NCBI GenBank assembly: GCA_964426185.1
Contig: CAYRPF010000004.1
Coordinates: 53,464 to 85,463 of the forward strand
Reading direction: 5' to 3'
Origin: an uncultured archaeon
GTDB taxonomy: Archaea; Asgardarchaeota; Lokiarchaeia; Sigyniarchaeales; Promethearchaeaceae
DNA length: 32,000 nt
This document shows, piece by piece, positions 18,469 through 26,613 of this stretch. Within the stretch, counting starts at the first letter, position 1. The number at the start of each line of letters is the position of its first letter. The translations under genes and the position numbers were made by a program. A model generated the notes under the pieces. The model had not been told where the DNA came from and made no database searches. It saw only the letters and a list, made by a program, of their open reading frames with translations.

Positions 18469-19107
18469 TTAAGTTTCTTTTATTTCTAAAAATTCTTTGA
18501 TTTTCTTCAATCGTATAAATTCTTCTCGTTCATTATCCGAAAGAATTTCTTCTATTGCTCTAATATCATTTTCTAATTTTGGAATAACGAGATCTTCGAG
18601 TGCATCAATGCGACGATTGATTTTTTTATAATTTTCAGAGATTCTATATATAGCCTTATCTAATCTTCCCAATTTTATCAAAGTATTCAAACATGTTTGA
18701 AGTTTTTTTATAAGAATATCAATGTGAAGTGCAGTATCATAAAATGAATAGGGGGGGAGATATTTTTGCGATTTTTCCAGTTCTAGTTGAGGTAAATCAA
18801 TCCCACCTTTGTGAACATACGTAATTTTTATTTTAGGGTCAAGTTTGGATTGATTATAAAGCGAGATTCGCTCAACTTTTTCTTTTCCAATAAATTGATA
18901 TGTTTCTTTAAGCAGTTCCATATTGGCTAAGAGTTGTTCCCTCATTTCTTCGCGAACTTTAAAGTAATAAACTGCGGTTTTAGTAAGTATTTCATGAAGT
19001 TGCTCTCGTTTAATTTCTAACAAAGATTCCCCTCGTTGAGAAAAATCATGTTTTTTCTTTAAACGAGTCAGTTCTGGCTTGGTAGGTTTAACTTTTTGAA
19101 AGGACAT
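18469..19107 (-). CDS. atpD: A/V-type ATPase subunit D
   Basis: KPTKPEL, LLEIKREQL, NRRIDALE and EREEFIRLKKIK. Confidence 0.93.
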   Translation of the reverse strand: MSFQKVKPTKPELTRLKKKHDFSQRGESLLEIKREQLHEILTKTAVYYFKVREEMREQLLANMELLKETYQFIGKEKVERISLYNQSKLDPKIKITYVHKGGIDLPQLELEKSQKYLPPYSFYDTALHIDILIKKLQTCLNTLIKLGRLDKAIYRISENYKKINRRIDALEDLVIPKLENDIRAIEEILSDNEREEFIRLKKIKEFLEIKET

Positions 19108-19127
19108 TGGTTTTCTCTTCTAATTCA

Positions 19128-20519
19128 TTAATATAAAGATTTAATATCAAAATTTTCGATATAGTATTTTTCAATGAATTCCTGTTTAACACGAATCAAT
19201 TCTGATTTATTCATTATTGAAAGTAATTTCCATGCTAAATAAAAGGTTTTTTCAAACGATCGTTCAGTATCACCTTGGTTGATGAAAATTTGTTCGAATA
19301 GATTTGCAAAGGTCAAGTATTGTTTGTCTATTTCAGATAAACTTTCAGTTCCAATAATCGATTCCAATTCGCGTATTTCCAATGCTTTAGAATAGCAAGC
19401 ATATAATTGTGAACTAACATCTCCATGATCTTCTCGTGTATTATCTTTTCCAATTGCATCTTTCATTAATCGTGAAAGAGATGATAGAGGATATATTGGT
19501 GGAAAAAGATTTTGTTGATGATAATTTCTGCTTAGAACAATTTGCCCTTCTGTGATATATCCTGTTAAGTCTGGAATTGGATGAGTGATATCATCATTTG
19601 GCATAGAAATCACCGGAATTTGAGTGATTGATCCTTTCTTTCCTTTTATTCGTCCTGCCCGTTCGTATATACTGGCAAAATCGGAATACATGTATCCCGG
19701 AAATCCTTTTCTAGCAGGAATTTCACCCTTTACATTTGAAACTTCACGTAAAGCTTCTGCATAATTTGTGATGTCAGATAATACCACTAAAACATGCATA
19801 TCACGCTGAAAGGCAAGAAATTCTGCCGTTGTAAGGGCTACTCTGGGAATTAACAAACGTTCGATAGTTGGATCGCTGGCAAGGTTAATAAAGGAAATAA
19901 CTTTGGTAGAACCACGTTCTTCAAATTTCTTTTGAAAAAATAAGGCTTGCTCAGAGAGAAGTCCTATTCCGCAGAAAATAACTACGAACGGATCGTTTGT
20001 TCGAACTTTTGCGTTGTTAACAATTTGAGCCACTAATCGATTGTGAGGCATTCCCTGTCCGCTAAAAATAGGGAGTTTCTGACCCCTAACTAATGTGTTA
20101 AGACAATCAAAAGATGATATTCCTGTTTGTATTACATCTTTAGGATAATCTCTGGTTACTGGATTCATAGGTTCTCCATTAATATCTAACAGCATTTCTG
20201 GTAAAATTGGATCTCCACCATCAATTGGCTCTCCGATTCCATTAAATCTTCTGCCCATCATTTCCCGAGAAACACCAACTTTAAACACTTCATCCAAAAA
20301 TGTGATAGAAGTAGTACCCAATGTTAGACCGAAGCTTCCTTCTACAACTTGGATAACTACTACATCACGAGAAGCGGTTAGGACTTGTCCTGTCCGAATT
20401 TCTCCATCTTTTGTTTTTATCTTAACCACACTCCCATTTTTAATGTTATGATTAGGGAGTGGTTTCATATAAACCAAAGGGTCCATGATTGATGAGATAT
20501 TTGCATAACTTATTGACAT
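19128..20519 (-). CDS. atpB: A/V-type ATPase subunit B
   Basis: GQKLPIFSG, PGYMYSDFASIYERAG, HPIPDLTGYITEGQI and SLSRLM (Arg finger). ATG at 20519 preferred. Confidence 0.97.
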   Translation of the reverse strand: MSISYANISSIMDPLVYMKPLPNHNIKNGSVVKIKTKDGEIRTGQVLTASRDVVVIQVVEGSFGLTLGTTSITFLDEVFKVGVSREMMGRRFNGIGEPIDGGDPILPEMLLDINGEPMNPVTRDYPKDVIQTGISSFDCLNTLVRGQKLPIFSGQGMPHNRLVAQIVNNAKVRTNDPFVVIFCGIGLLSEQALFFQKKFEERGSTKVISFINLASDPTIERLLIPRVALTTAEFLAFQRDMHVLVVLSDITNYAEALREVSNVKGEIPARKGFPGYMYSDFASIYERAGRIKGKKGSITQIPVISMPNDDITHPIPDLTGYITEGQIVLSRNYHQQNLFPPIYPLSSLSRLMKDAIGKDNTREDHGDVSSQLYACYSKALEIRELESIIGTESLSEIDKQYLTFANLFEQIFINQGDTERSFEKTFYLAWKLLSIMNKSELIRVKQEFIEKYYIENFDIKSLY

Positions 20520-20524
20520 AATGA

Positions 20525-22315
20525 TCAACTTCGGTAATTTGTTTCTAATTCTTTAAATTCGCGATCCATTTCTTCATCTATTAATGTTAATTTTTCCACT
20601 TCATTTGAATGTACATCCAAACGAGCTCGCCGTAATTTGTTGATGGAAGTCATCTCTCGAAATCGAAAAATTGGAACTCCTTTCTTAATTAATTTCAAAC
20701 TATGATTATAAAATTTCAAATATAATAAAGCTAAACGCATGGTTTTTTGCGGAGAACTATACATATCGTTATCATTGAAACTATTTTGAATTAAATAACC
20801 ATCTTTGATTGCACTGGCCATAAACAAGACTAATTGTTGATTTGGAGGTAAATTTTCTGTTCCAATTAACTTTGCGACACTTTCCAGCTGATCTGCTTGA
20901 GATAAAATTTTATTCACTGTTCCTCGAGCTTCTTGCCAACCCTTTTCAATATTCTGCTCCCAGTATTCTTCCAAATTGTCATATAACGAATATGAATCGG
21001 TCCAATTTACTGCTGGGTAGTGGCGCGCATAGGCTAATCTTGCATCTAAAGCCCAGAAAGCTTTTACAAATCTCTTGGTATTAGTGGTTACTGGTTCGGA
21101 AAAGTCACCACCAGGAGGGGAAACTGAACCTACGATTGTAATTGATCCCAATCGTTCACCTTTTCCGAGAACTTGAACAAATCCTGCTCTTTCATAGAAG
21201 TTACTAAGCCGAGTTGCCAGATAAGCTGGATATCCTCCTTCTGTTGGCATTTCTTCTAAACGACCTGATAATTCCCGCAATGCTTCGGCCCATCGACTGG
21301 TACTGTCTGCGAGTAAGAGCACATTCATCCCCATATCTCTCCAATATTCTGCCATTGTAATTCCTGCAAAAATTGAAGCTTCACGGGCAGAAACGGGCAT
21401 ATTAGATGTATTTGCAATCATAATCGTCCGATCCATAAGTGGACGGTGATTTTTAGGATCTTCTAAATTCGGAAAAGAATTAAGTAAATCTGCCATTTCA
21501 TTACCTCGTTCTCCACAACCAATATAAACAATTAAATCTGCATCTGCAAATTTTGCTAAGCTGTGTTGAACTACGGTTTTTCCAGTTCCAAAACCACCTG
21601 GAACGGCCACTACACCGCCTTGAGCGACTGGAAATAATAAATCAAATACTCTTGCACCAGTTATAAGGGGCTTTTTTGGGATAAAACGTTTCTTATATGG
21701 TCTTGGTGTTCGTATTGGCCAACGTGTTAATAACTGGAATTTTTCAATGGATTTGTCAGGTAATTCTAGGGAATAAGCAAAATCTTCTAATCTTAACTTC
21801 CCAGATTTTATTTCAACAATTTTTCCCGATTTACCAGGAAGTACCATAATTTTATGAATCATTGAAAGTTCTGGAACGGTTCCAACGATATCACCCTCAG
21901 AAACAAAATCACCTGGTGAAACTACAGGCGTAAATTCCCACAATTTCTTTCGATCAAGAGCAGGGACACGTAAACCACGTGCGATGAAATCTCCACTGAT
22001 TAAGGCGATTTGCTCTAGTGGTCGTTGGATTCCATCATAGATCATCGTAAGCATTCCAGGACCTAATTCCATGGAAAGAGGATATCGATAATTTTCTACA
22101 GTTGAATTTAATTCTAATCCAGATGTTTCTTCATAGCATTGAATAATCGCAATTTTATTCACAATTTTGATGATTTCTCCGAGCAAATTCAGCTGGGGAC
22201 TAATATTAACCATATCACCAACTGATTGGTCTCGAAAACCTTCGACTTTTATGACCGAGCCGTTGATTTCAATAACTTTACCTAGTACTGGCAGGTTTGA
22301 AGTATTATAACTCAT
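20525..22315 (-). CDS. atpA: A/V-type ATPase catalytic subunit A
   Basis: Walker A GGFGTGKT, GCGERGNEM, ANTSNMPV, DSTSRWAEALRE and SPPGGDFSEPVT. ATG at 22315 (MSYNTS) preferred over the longer call that overlaps atpE. Confidence 0.97.
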   Translation of the reverse strand: MSYNTSNLPVLGKVIEINGSVIKVEGFRDQSVGDMVNISPQLNLLGEIIKIVNKIAIIQCYEETSGLELNSTVENYRYPLSMELGPGMLTMIYDGIQRPLEQIALISGDFIARGLRVPALDRKKLWEFTPVVSPGDFVSEGDIVGTVPELSMIHKIMVLPGKSGKIVEIKSGKLRLEDFAYSLELPDKSIEKFQLLTRWPIRTPRPYKKRFIPKKPLITGARVFDLLFPVAQGGVVAVPGGFGTGKTVVQHSLAKFADADLIVYIGCGERGNEMADLLNSFPNLEDPKNHRPLMDRTIMIANTSNMPVSAREASIFAGITMAEYWRDMGMNVLLLADSTSRWAEALRELSGRLEEMPTEGGYPAYLATRLSNFYERAGFVQVLGKGERLGSITIVGSVSPPGGDFSEPVTTNTKRFVKAFWALDARLAYARHYPAVNWTDSYSLYDNLEEYWEQNIEKGWQEARGTVNKILSQADQLESVAKLIGTENLPPNQQLVLFMASAIKDGYLIQNSFNDNDMYSSPQKTMRLALLYLKFYNHSLKLIKKGVPIFRFREMTSINKLRRARLDVHSNEVEKLTLIDEEMDREFKELETNYRS

Positions 22316-22991
22316 AACGTTTCGCCTTTCCGTGTTTTTCTTTATCAATTTCCATGGCATTTCGCACATTTACTTCAAATATGGGGAAAATTTTCATAAA
22401 TCGAATTTCAATTTTTTGATAATATTTCTCTACCAACGCGTTAAACGTGTAATCAATAACAAACCTTCCGCTTTTGGAAACAATTTTAAATCCAATACCT
22501 GTATCGATGGGTTCTTTAGAGATTTCAAAAAATTCTTTTTTTTCCATTAGTTTTTCTAAGAAATCGAATTTTTGAGCATATTCTAAATCTTCTTTATTAA
22601 ATTGAATAATCACTGGTTCGTTAATTAAGGGAGCTATACTTTGCATTCGTTCGATCAAGAAATACATATATAAGTCTTGCCGATCTCGAATTCTTTTTCT
22701 TATTTCTAACTGAAGAAGTTTTAAGAAGTCTTTGATACATTTGGTCTTTTTTTCAGCAATTGCTTGATTAATTACCGTAATTTTATCACTCTCAACCTTA
22801 TTTAACTCAAATTCTTTTTTCGTTATAGATTCAAGCTCAAGTTTTAATGTATCTTGATTAATCTTTTGCTGAAATTCTTCTTCTATTTCTTTAATTTGTT
22901 GTTCTGCCTTTTTACGGATAATATTTCTTTCTTTTTCGGCAATTCGTACTATTTCATAGCTTAAATCTTTAAAATCTTCCCGCAATGACAT
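22305..22991 (-). CDS. atpE: A/V-type ATPase subunit E (peripheral stalk)
   Basis: N-terminal coiled coil; C-terminal IDTGIGFKIVSKSGRFVIDYTF (~GGxxxxxxDGxxxxDNT); operon position. Confidence 0.85.
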   Translation of the reverse strand: MSLREDFKDLSYEIVRIAEKERNIIRKKAEQQIKEIEEEFQQKINQDTLKLELESITKKEFELNKVESDKITVINQAIAEKKTKCIKDFLKLLQLEIRKRIRDRQDLYMYFLIERMQSIAPLINEPVIIQFNKEDLEYAQKFDFLEKLMEKKEFFEISKEPIDTGIGFKIVSKSGRFVIDYTFNALVEKYYQKIEIRFMKIFPIFEVNVRNAMEIDKEKHGKAKRYEL

Positions 22992-22996
22992 AATAT

Positions 22997-23311
22997 TTAC
23001 ACGTCCGTTAATGTTAAACCTAAATATTTTGTAATAAAATCTTTAAAATATCTTCCTTCTAAAGGTGCCCGAATATCGGGTATTTCTACAATGATTGGAT
23101 ATTTTTGTCCTTTAATGTTTTTGAAGTAATTTTTAAATCGTAATAGGTATTTTTCATTCATTAGAATCATATCGATGCTCTTGTTTGCCAAAATTTCTTC
23201 AAATTTAGACTTAAATGCTTGAAAATCGATCTCTGGTAAAATAAAGCCTTGAATTCCAATTAAACCAAACATGATATTTGTGTCTTCATCGGCAATACAA
23301 ATAATATTCAT
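22997..23311 (-). CDS. atpF: A/V-type ATPase subunit F
   Basis: IADEDTNIMFGLIGI, YPIIVEIPD and the ITKYLG tail. Confidence 0.92.
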   Translation of the reverse strand: MNIICIADEDTNIMFGLIGIQGFILPEIDFQAFKSKFEEILANKSIDMILMNEKYLLRFKNYFKNIKGQKYPIIVEIPDIRAPLEGRYFKDFITKYLGLTLTDV

Positions 23312-23314
23312 ACA

Positions 23315-23869
23315 TTATTCTCCCATTTGATCTTTATCTAAGCAAAGATAGTTTAAACCCATTATTTTCAACGCTTCTTCAGTCAACTTTGGTTTATTTA
23401 TTTTATATAGCATATCAATTTGTGACATAATCATATTTTCTTGAATTTGTAAGGCTTTCAGTGCTTTATTTATTTCTTCTTCTAATTCGTGAATATCTCG
23501 GTTGATTTCTCTTTGTTTATTTTTAATAGCTTTGTTGTATTTTTGTGTCCAAATTTTCTTTGCTTTTTCTACTTCGTTATCCCATTTCTTTTTTGCGCTA
23601 TTAATGAGAAAACGATATTCTTCTTCCAATTTCCTGACTTCAATAAAAAGGTCTTCTTTTTTATTGGTAAATTTCCGTTCACGTAATTCTTTGCATAGTT
23701 CAGGAGAAATATTTTGACATAGATATTTTTCCCGATCAGCATCAAATTCAGATAAACAAGGATCAATTTTCACTGAACTTATTTTTTTGATATTTTCGAA
23801 TTGATTTTTCTTGTTTTTTTCAGAATTTTCAAGTTCTTCTTGTTCTGTTCCTTTTTTAGTCAAAGCCAT
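23315..23869 (-). CDS. Coiled-coil protein, probable ATPase subunit H/G with an N-terminal extension
   Basis: Charged helical K/E-rich protein; the only unassigned gene in an otherwise complete operon; GAGGT RBS. Confidence 0.55.
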   Translation of the reverse strand: MALTKKGTEQEELENSEKNKKNQFENIKKISSVKIDPCLSEFDADREKYLCQNISPELCKELRERKFTNKKEDLFIEVRKLEEEYRFLINSAKKKWDNEVEKAKKIWTQKYNKAIKNKQREINRDIHELEEEINKALKALQIQENMIMSQIDMLYKINKPKLTEEALKIMGLNYLCLDKDQMGE

Positions 23870-23893
23870 TTAAACCTCTCCTATTTTTTAATT

Positions 23894-24937
23894 TTAATAT
23901 TTTTCCTGTATTAATGCGATTTGTACTGCCCGGGCTATAATCTCTTTAATTTCAGTTTCTTTGTACAATATGATTTGAAATATTAAGGCGATAGATTTTA
24001 AAGGTATTTCTGCCATAATGCTTCTTTGAAAACGGGACAGAAAAATATCTAAAAATACTGCCGATAAATTTTGCCAAACTTGTGGGTTTGGATTTTTTAG
24101 AAAAGGGATGAAATTATATAATTTTAGATGTTTTTTCAAAACCAACGATAGTTTTTTTAAGAAATCATCAAAATTATTGGCTGAAAGAAGTAAGTTTATG
24201 CTCTTTGCATTTAACAAAGATCCTTGAAAAAGTAAATAATCTGTAATTTCTTCTTTCGCAATTCCATTAAAATACGCACGATATAACAAGTTGAAATTAT
24301 AGAAATCGATCTGAGATCGAACAAACTGATCTATAAAATCTCTCTCATCTTTCTTAAAATAACTGCTCTGCTCTAAAATATTAGTAAAATAAAATTTGTC
24401 CAAATCTTGTTCTAAATGAAAAATCTCCCCACTTTTTTCAATATGATCTAATCCACGATTGATAATGGCTTTATAAGGGGTACATTCGCAAGCAGTTCGA
24501 ATTTCGGTAAAATTTTTCGCTTTAAGAAGATTTAACATAAATTCTTCCCGTTCCAAAATTACGGGAGGTTTTTCATAAATATGCTCTTTTTTCTCTTCAA
24601 TACTTAATCCTTCAATTACTCCGTGAATTGCAATTTTAATATTCCAAATTTCATAACGAACCATCAATGTTCTTAAAAAAGATTGGATGGAAAAAGGAGC
24701 AGAAACTAATATTTTTTCTTCAATATCGATGTAAGTTTTCCATAAATTTCGCTCAAATTGACTAATTGTTAATCCTTCGGGCCGAAATAGTGGAAAAAAA
24801 TGTTTGATATAATTTCCAAGAGATTCTAAATCTCGGAATGAAAGAATTTTTTTCCTATCTTGTGGGCTCATTAATAAGGATTTTAGCACCGCTAATTTAA
24901 TAAACACATATCCGTAATCGTCAACAGTAGCGCGCAT
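23894..24937 (-). CDS. atpC: A/V-type ATPase subunit C (d/AC39)
   Basis: YGYVFIKLAVLKSLL, RYEIWNIK, TPY, LEQDLDKFYF, QIDFYN and KETEIKEI; 347 aa. Confidence 0.88.
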   Translation of the reverse strand: MRATVDDYGYVFIKLAVLKSLLMSPQDRKKILSFRDLESLGNYIKHFFPLFRPEGLTISQFERNLWKTYIDIEEKILVSAPFSIQSFLRTLMVRYEIWNIKIAIHGVIEGLSIEEKKEHIYEKPPVILEREEFMLNLLKAKNFTEIRTACECTPYKAIINRGLDHIEKSGEIFHLEQDLDKFYFTNILEQSSYFKKDERDFIDQFVRSQIDFYNFNLLYRAYFNGIAKEEITDYLLFQGSLLNAKSINLLLSANNFDDFLKKLSLVLKKHLKLYNFIPFLKNPNPQVWQNLSAVFLDIFLSRFQRSIMAEIPLKSIALIFQIILYKETEIKEIIARAVQIALIQEKY

Positions 24938-24991
24938 GGAAATCTCGACATTTTTTACTATTTTATTAATATATTTTTTAATTATAAGATA

Positions 24992-25005
24992 AGAAAATAA
25001 AAAAA
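24992..25005 (-). terminator. Possible oligo-T terminator/attenuator directly after atpK
   Basis: The minus strand reads TAG-ATTG-TTTTTTATTTTCTT. Archaeal intrinsic terminators are T-tracts, but the background here is AT-rich. Confidence 0.35.
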
Positions 25006-25009
25006 CAAT

Positions 25010-25399
25010 CTACAATGTAAAGGTAGGGATTTTCGTCCACAACAAAATTGCTACAATTAACCCGTAAACAGCCAAAGCTTCTCCCAAGGCAACTACCAGA
25101 AAAGCTTTAAAGAATCCTTCAGGTTGTTCTGCCAACATGGAGATCGCTGCTGTTCCAGTTGTTTTTATTGCAATTCCTGCTCCAAGAACTGATAATCCCA
25201 CTGCTAAGCTTGATCCAATTGCAAGACCTAAAGCAACCAAGCTTGTATCAAAAGTAGCTGTTGTTGTATCGCCTTGGGCTAATACAGATACTGTGTTAAT
25301 TGAGAACACCAAACTGAGTAATAATACTATTTGAAAACTAAATAGTAAAAGATAGAATTTGTTTTTAGCACGCGTTATTATACACCTTCGTTTATTCAA
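25010..25399 (-). CDS. atpK: A/V-type ATPase proteolipid subunit K (c), single hairpin with signal-peptide-like leader; start uncertain (TTG 25399 or ATA 25378/25381)
   Basis: AVGLSVLGAGIAI...AEQPE...VALGEALAVYGLIVAI with the conserved carboxylate. Confidence 0.93.
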   Translation of the reverse strand: MNKRRCIITRAKNKFYLLLFSFQIVLLLSLVFSINTVSVLAQGDTTTATFDTSLVALGLAIGSSLAVGLSVLGAGIAIKTTGTAAISMLAEQPEGFFKAFLVVALGEALAVYGLIVAILLWTKIPTFTL

Positions 25400-25406
25400 A
25401 GCGTAT

Positions 25407-25414
25407 TATATAAA
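25407..25414 (-). promoter_or_regulatory. Candidate TATA box of the ATPase operon
   Basis: TTTATATA on the minus strand in the divergent intergenic region just upstream of atpK. Confidence 0.4.
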
Positions 25415-25514
25415 AAATAACTTTTCCTTTGGTTTAAATCTTTCCTTTAAATGCAAAAATATTTAAGTTCGAATTGAAGTATAATAACTGCTTTAAAATA
25501 AGGAGAGGAAGAAA

Positions 25515-25892
25515 TTGACTTCAGATTTTTTAAAAAAGCTTAAATTGAAATTCTTTTCAGTTTTTGCCAATCACAAAAAATCCGAATTAGAAGATCCCTT
25601 GGAATTTCCTATTCAGCAAGAAACCTTTTTGGAAGAATTACGTAAGTTTCAAAAGCAGTGTTTTATTCTGGAGAATTCCTTTACTTCTTACAGTTCTCTC
25701 TCTCATGATATGGAAAATTTGGGACAATATCACTCTATCCTAAAACAGTTTAAAAGAATAATTAAACGACGCATGAGGGAAATACGAAAGGTAATGAAAA
25801 GATATCGCTCTTTCCTATCAAGTCAATCACCCTTTTATCACAATTATTTTCCCGCCCTTTATTTTTCAAATAGTAAAGGAAAAGAATTGTAG
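25515..25892 (+). CDS. Hypothetical helical protein
   Basis: 125-aa ORF filling the gap, TTG start after AGGAGAGG; no family recognised. Confidence 0.6.
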   Translation: MTSDFLKKLKLKFFSVFANHKKSELEDPLEFPIQQETFLEELRKFQKQCFILENSFTSYSSLSHDMENLGQYHSILKQFKRIIKRRMREIRKVMKRYRSFLSSQSPFYHNYFPALYFSNSKGKEL

Positions 25893-25900
25893 AATAAAGG

Positions 25901-26539
25901 TTAATGTGTGGATAAGATAATTCGCACCGAATCCGCTACACTGGCACAGTGATCGCAGGCTTCTTCAATATGTTTCGCTACACTTAAGAATTGCATGATA
26001 TATCGCAAGGGAATATCCATACGATTATATAAATGACCATGTAGATCACGGTAGAGTTCATCGACTTTTTCTTCTACTTCATCTATGGCATTACAATAAT
26101 TCGGGGCTTTAGAAAGGTCGTCACCCAAAATCTTCATCAAATCACGTAGCCGTTCACCCATTTCTACGAAAGCCGAAATCAAAGCTTGGAATTTAGGAAT
26201 CATAGAATCATCTTTCTTTGGGACATATTTAATATTCCCCAATCTGACTGATGCACCTGCTTGATTTCCCATTACATCCGCCATTTTCATAACTAATCTG
26301 AAAAAATCCGAACGATATATACTAACTGCTTGTGCGATGATCTCTAAATTTTTTCGTCTAAGTTTATTTGCTTCTTTTTCGAAATTTCTAATTTTTGCGA
26401 TACTGTCGTGGATTTTTTCTCGATCTGCAAAGAAAGAATTAATGCATAAACCCATTTCTTTAAATGTTTGGCTGATATATTTGCTCTGGGTTTCTAAATT
26501 GGTGAAAACAATTCGTTCCATTTGATCCATTTTTTTCAC
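25901..26539 (-). CDS. DUF47 / PhoU-like helical-bundle regulator
   Basis: FEKEANKLRR, RSDFFRLV, VEEKVDELYR and HIEEACDHC..VAD repeats. Confidence 0.85.
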   Translation of the reverse strand: MKKMDQMERIVFTNLETQSKYISQTFKEMGLCINSFFADREKIHDSIAKIRNFEKEANKLRRKNLEIIAQAVSIYRSDFFRLVMKMADVMGNQAGASVRLGNIKYVPKKDDSMIPKFQALISAFVEMGERLRDLMKILGDDLSKAPNYCNAIDEVEEKVDELYRDLHGHLYNRMDIPLRYIMQFLSVAKHIEEACDHCASVADSVRIILSTH

Positions 26540-26613
26540 TGCTTAAATTATCATAAGCTTTCCCTAAAAAAATATCGTTTTATTTTTACTATGTTAAATT
26601 ACAAAAAAATATG

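Noticed and set aside
20525-22315. Intein in AtpA (a common insertion host)
   Set aside because: The length is normal and the motifs are contiguous, with no intein signature.
22316-22369. 18-aa N-terminal extension of AtpA from the ORF track
   Set aside because: It overlaps the atpE coding region by 65 nt; the ATG at 22315 gives a normal-length subunit.
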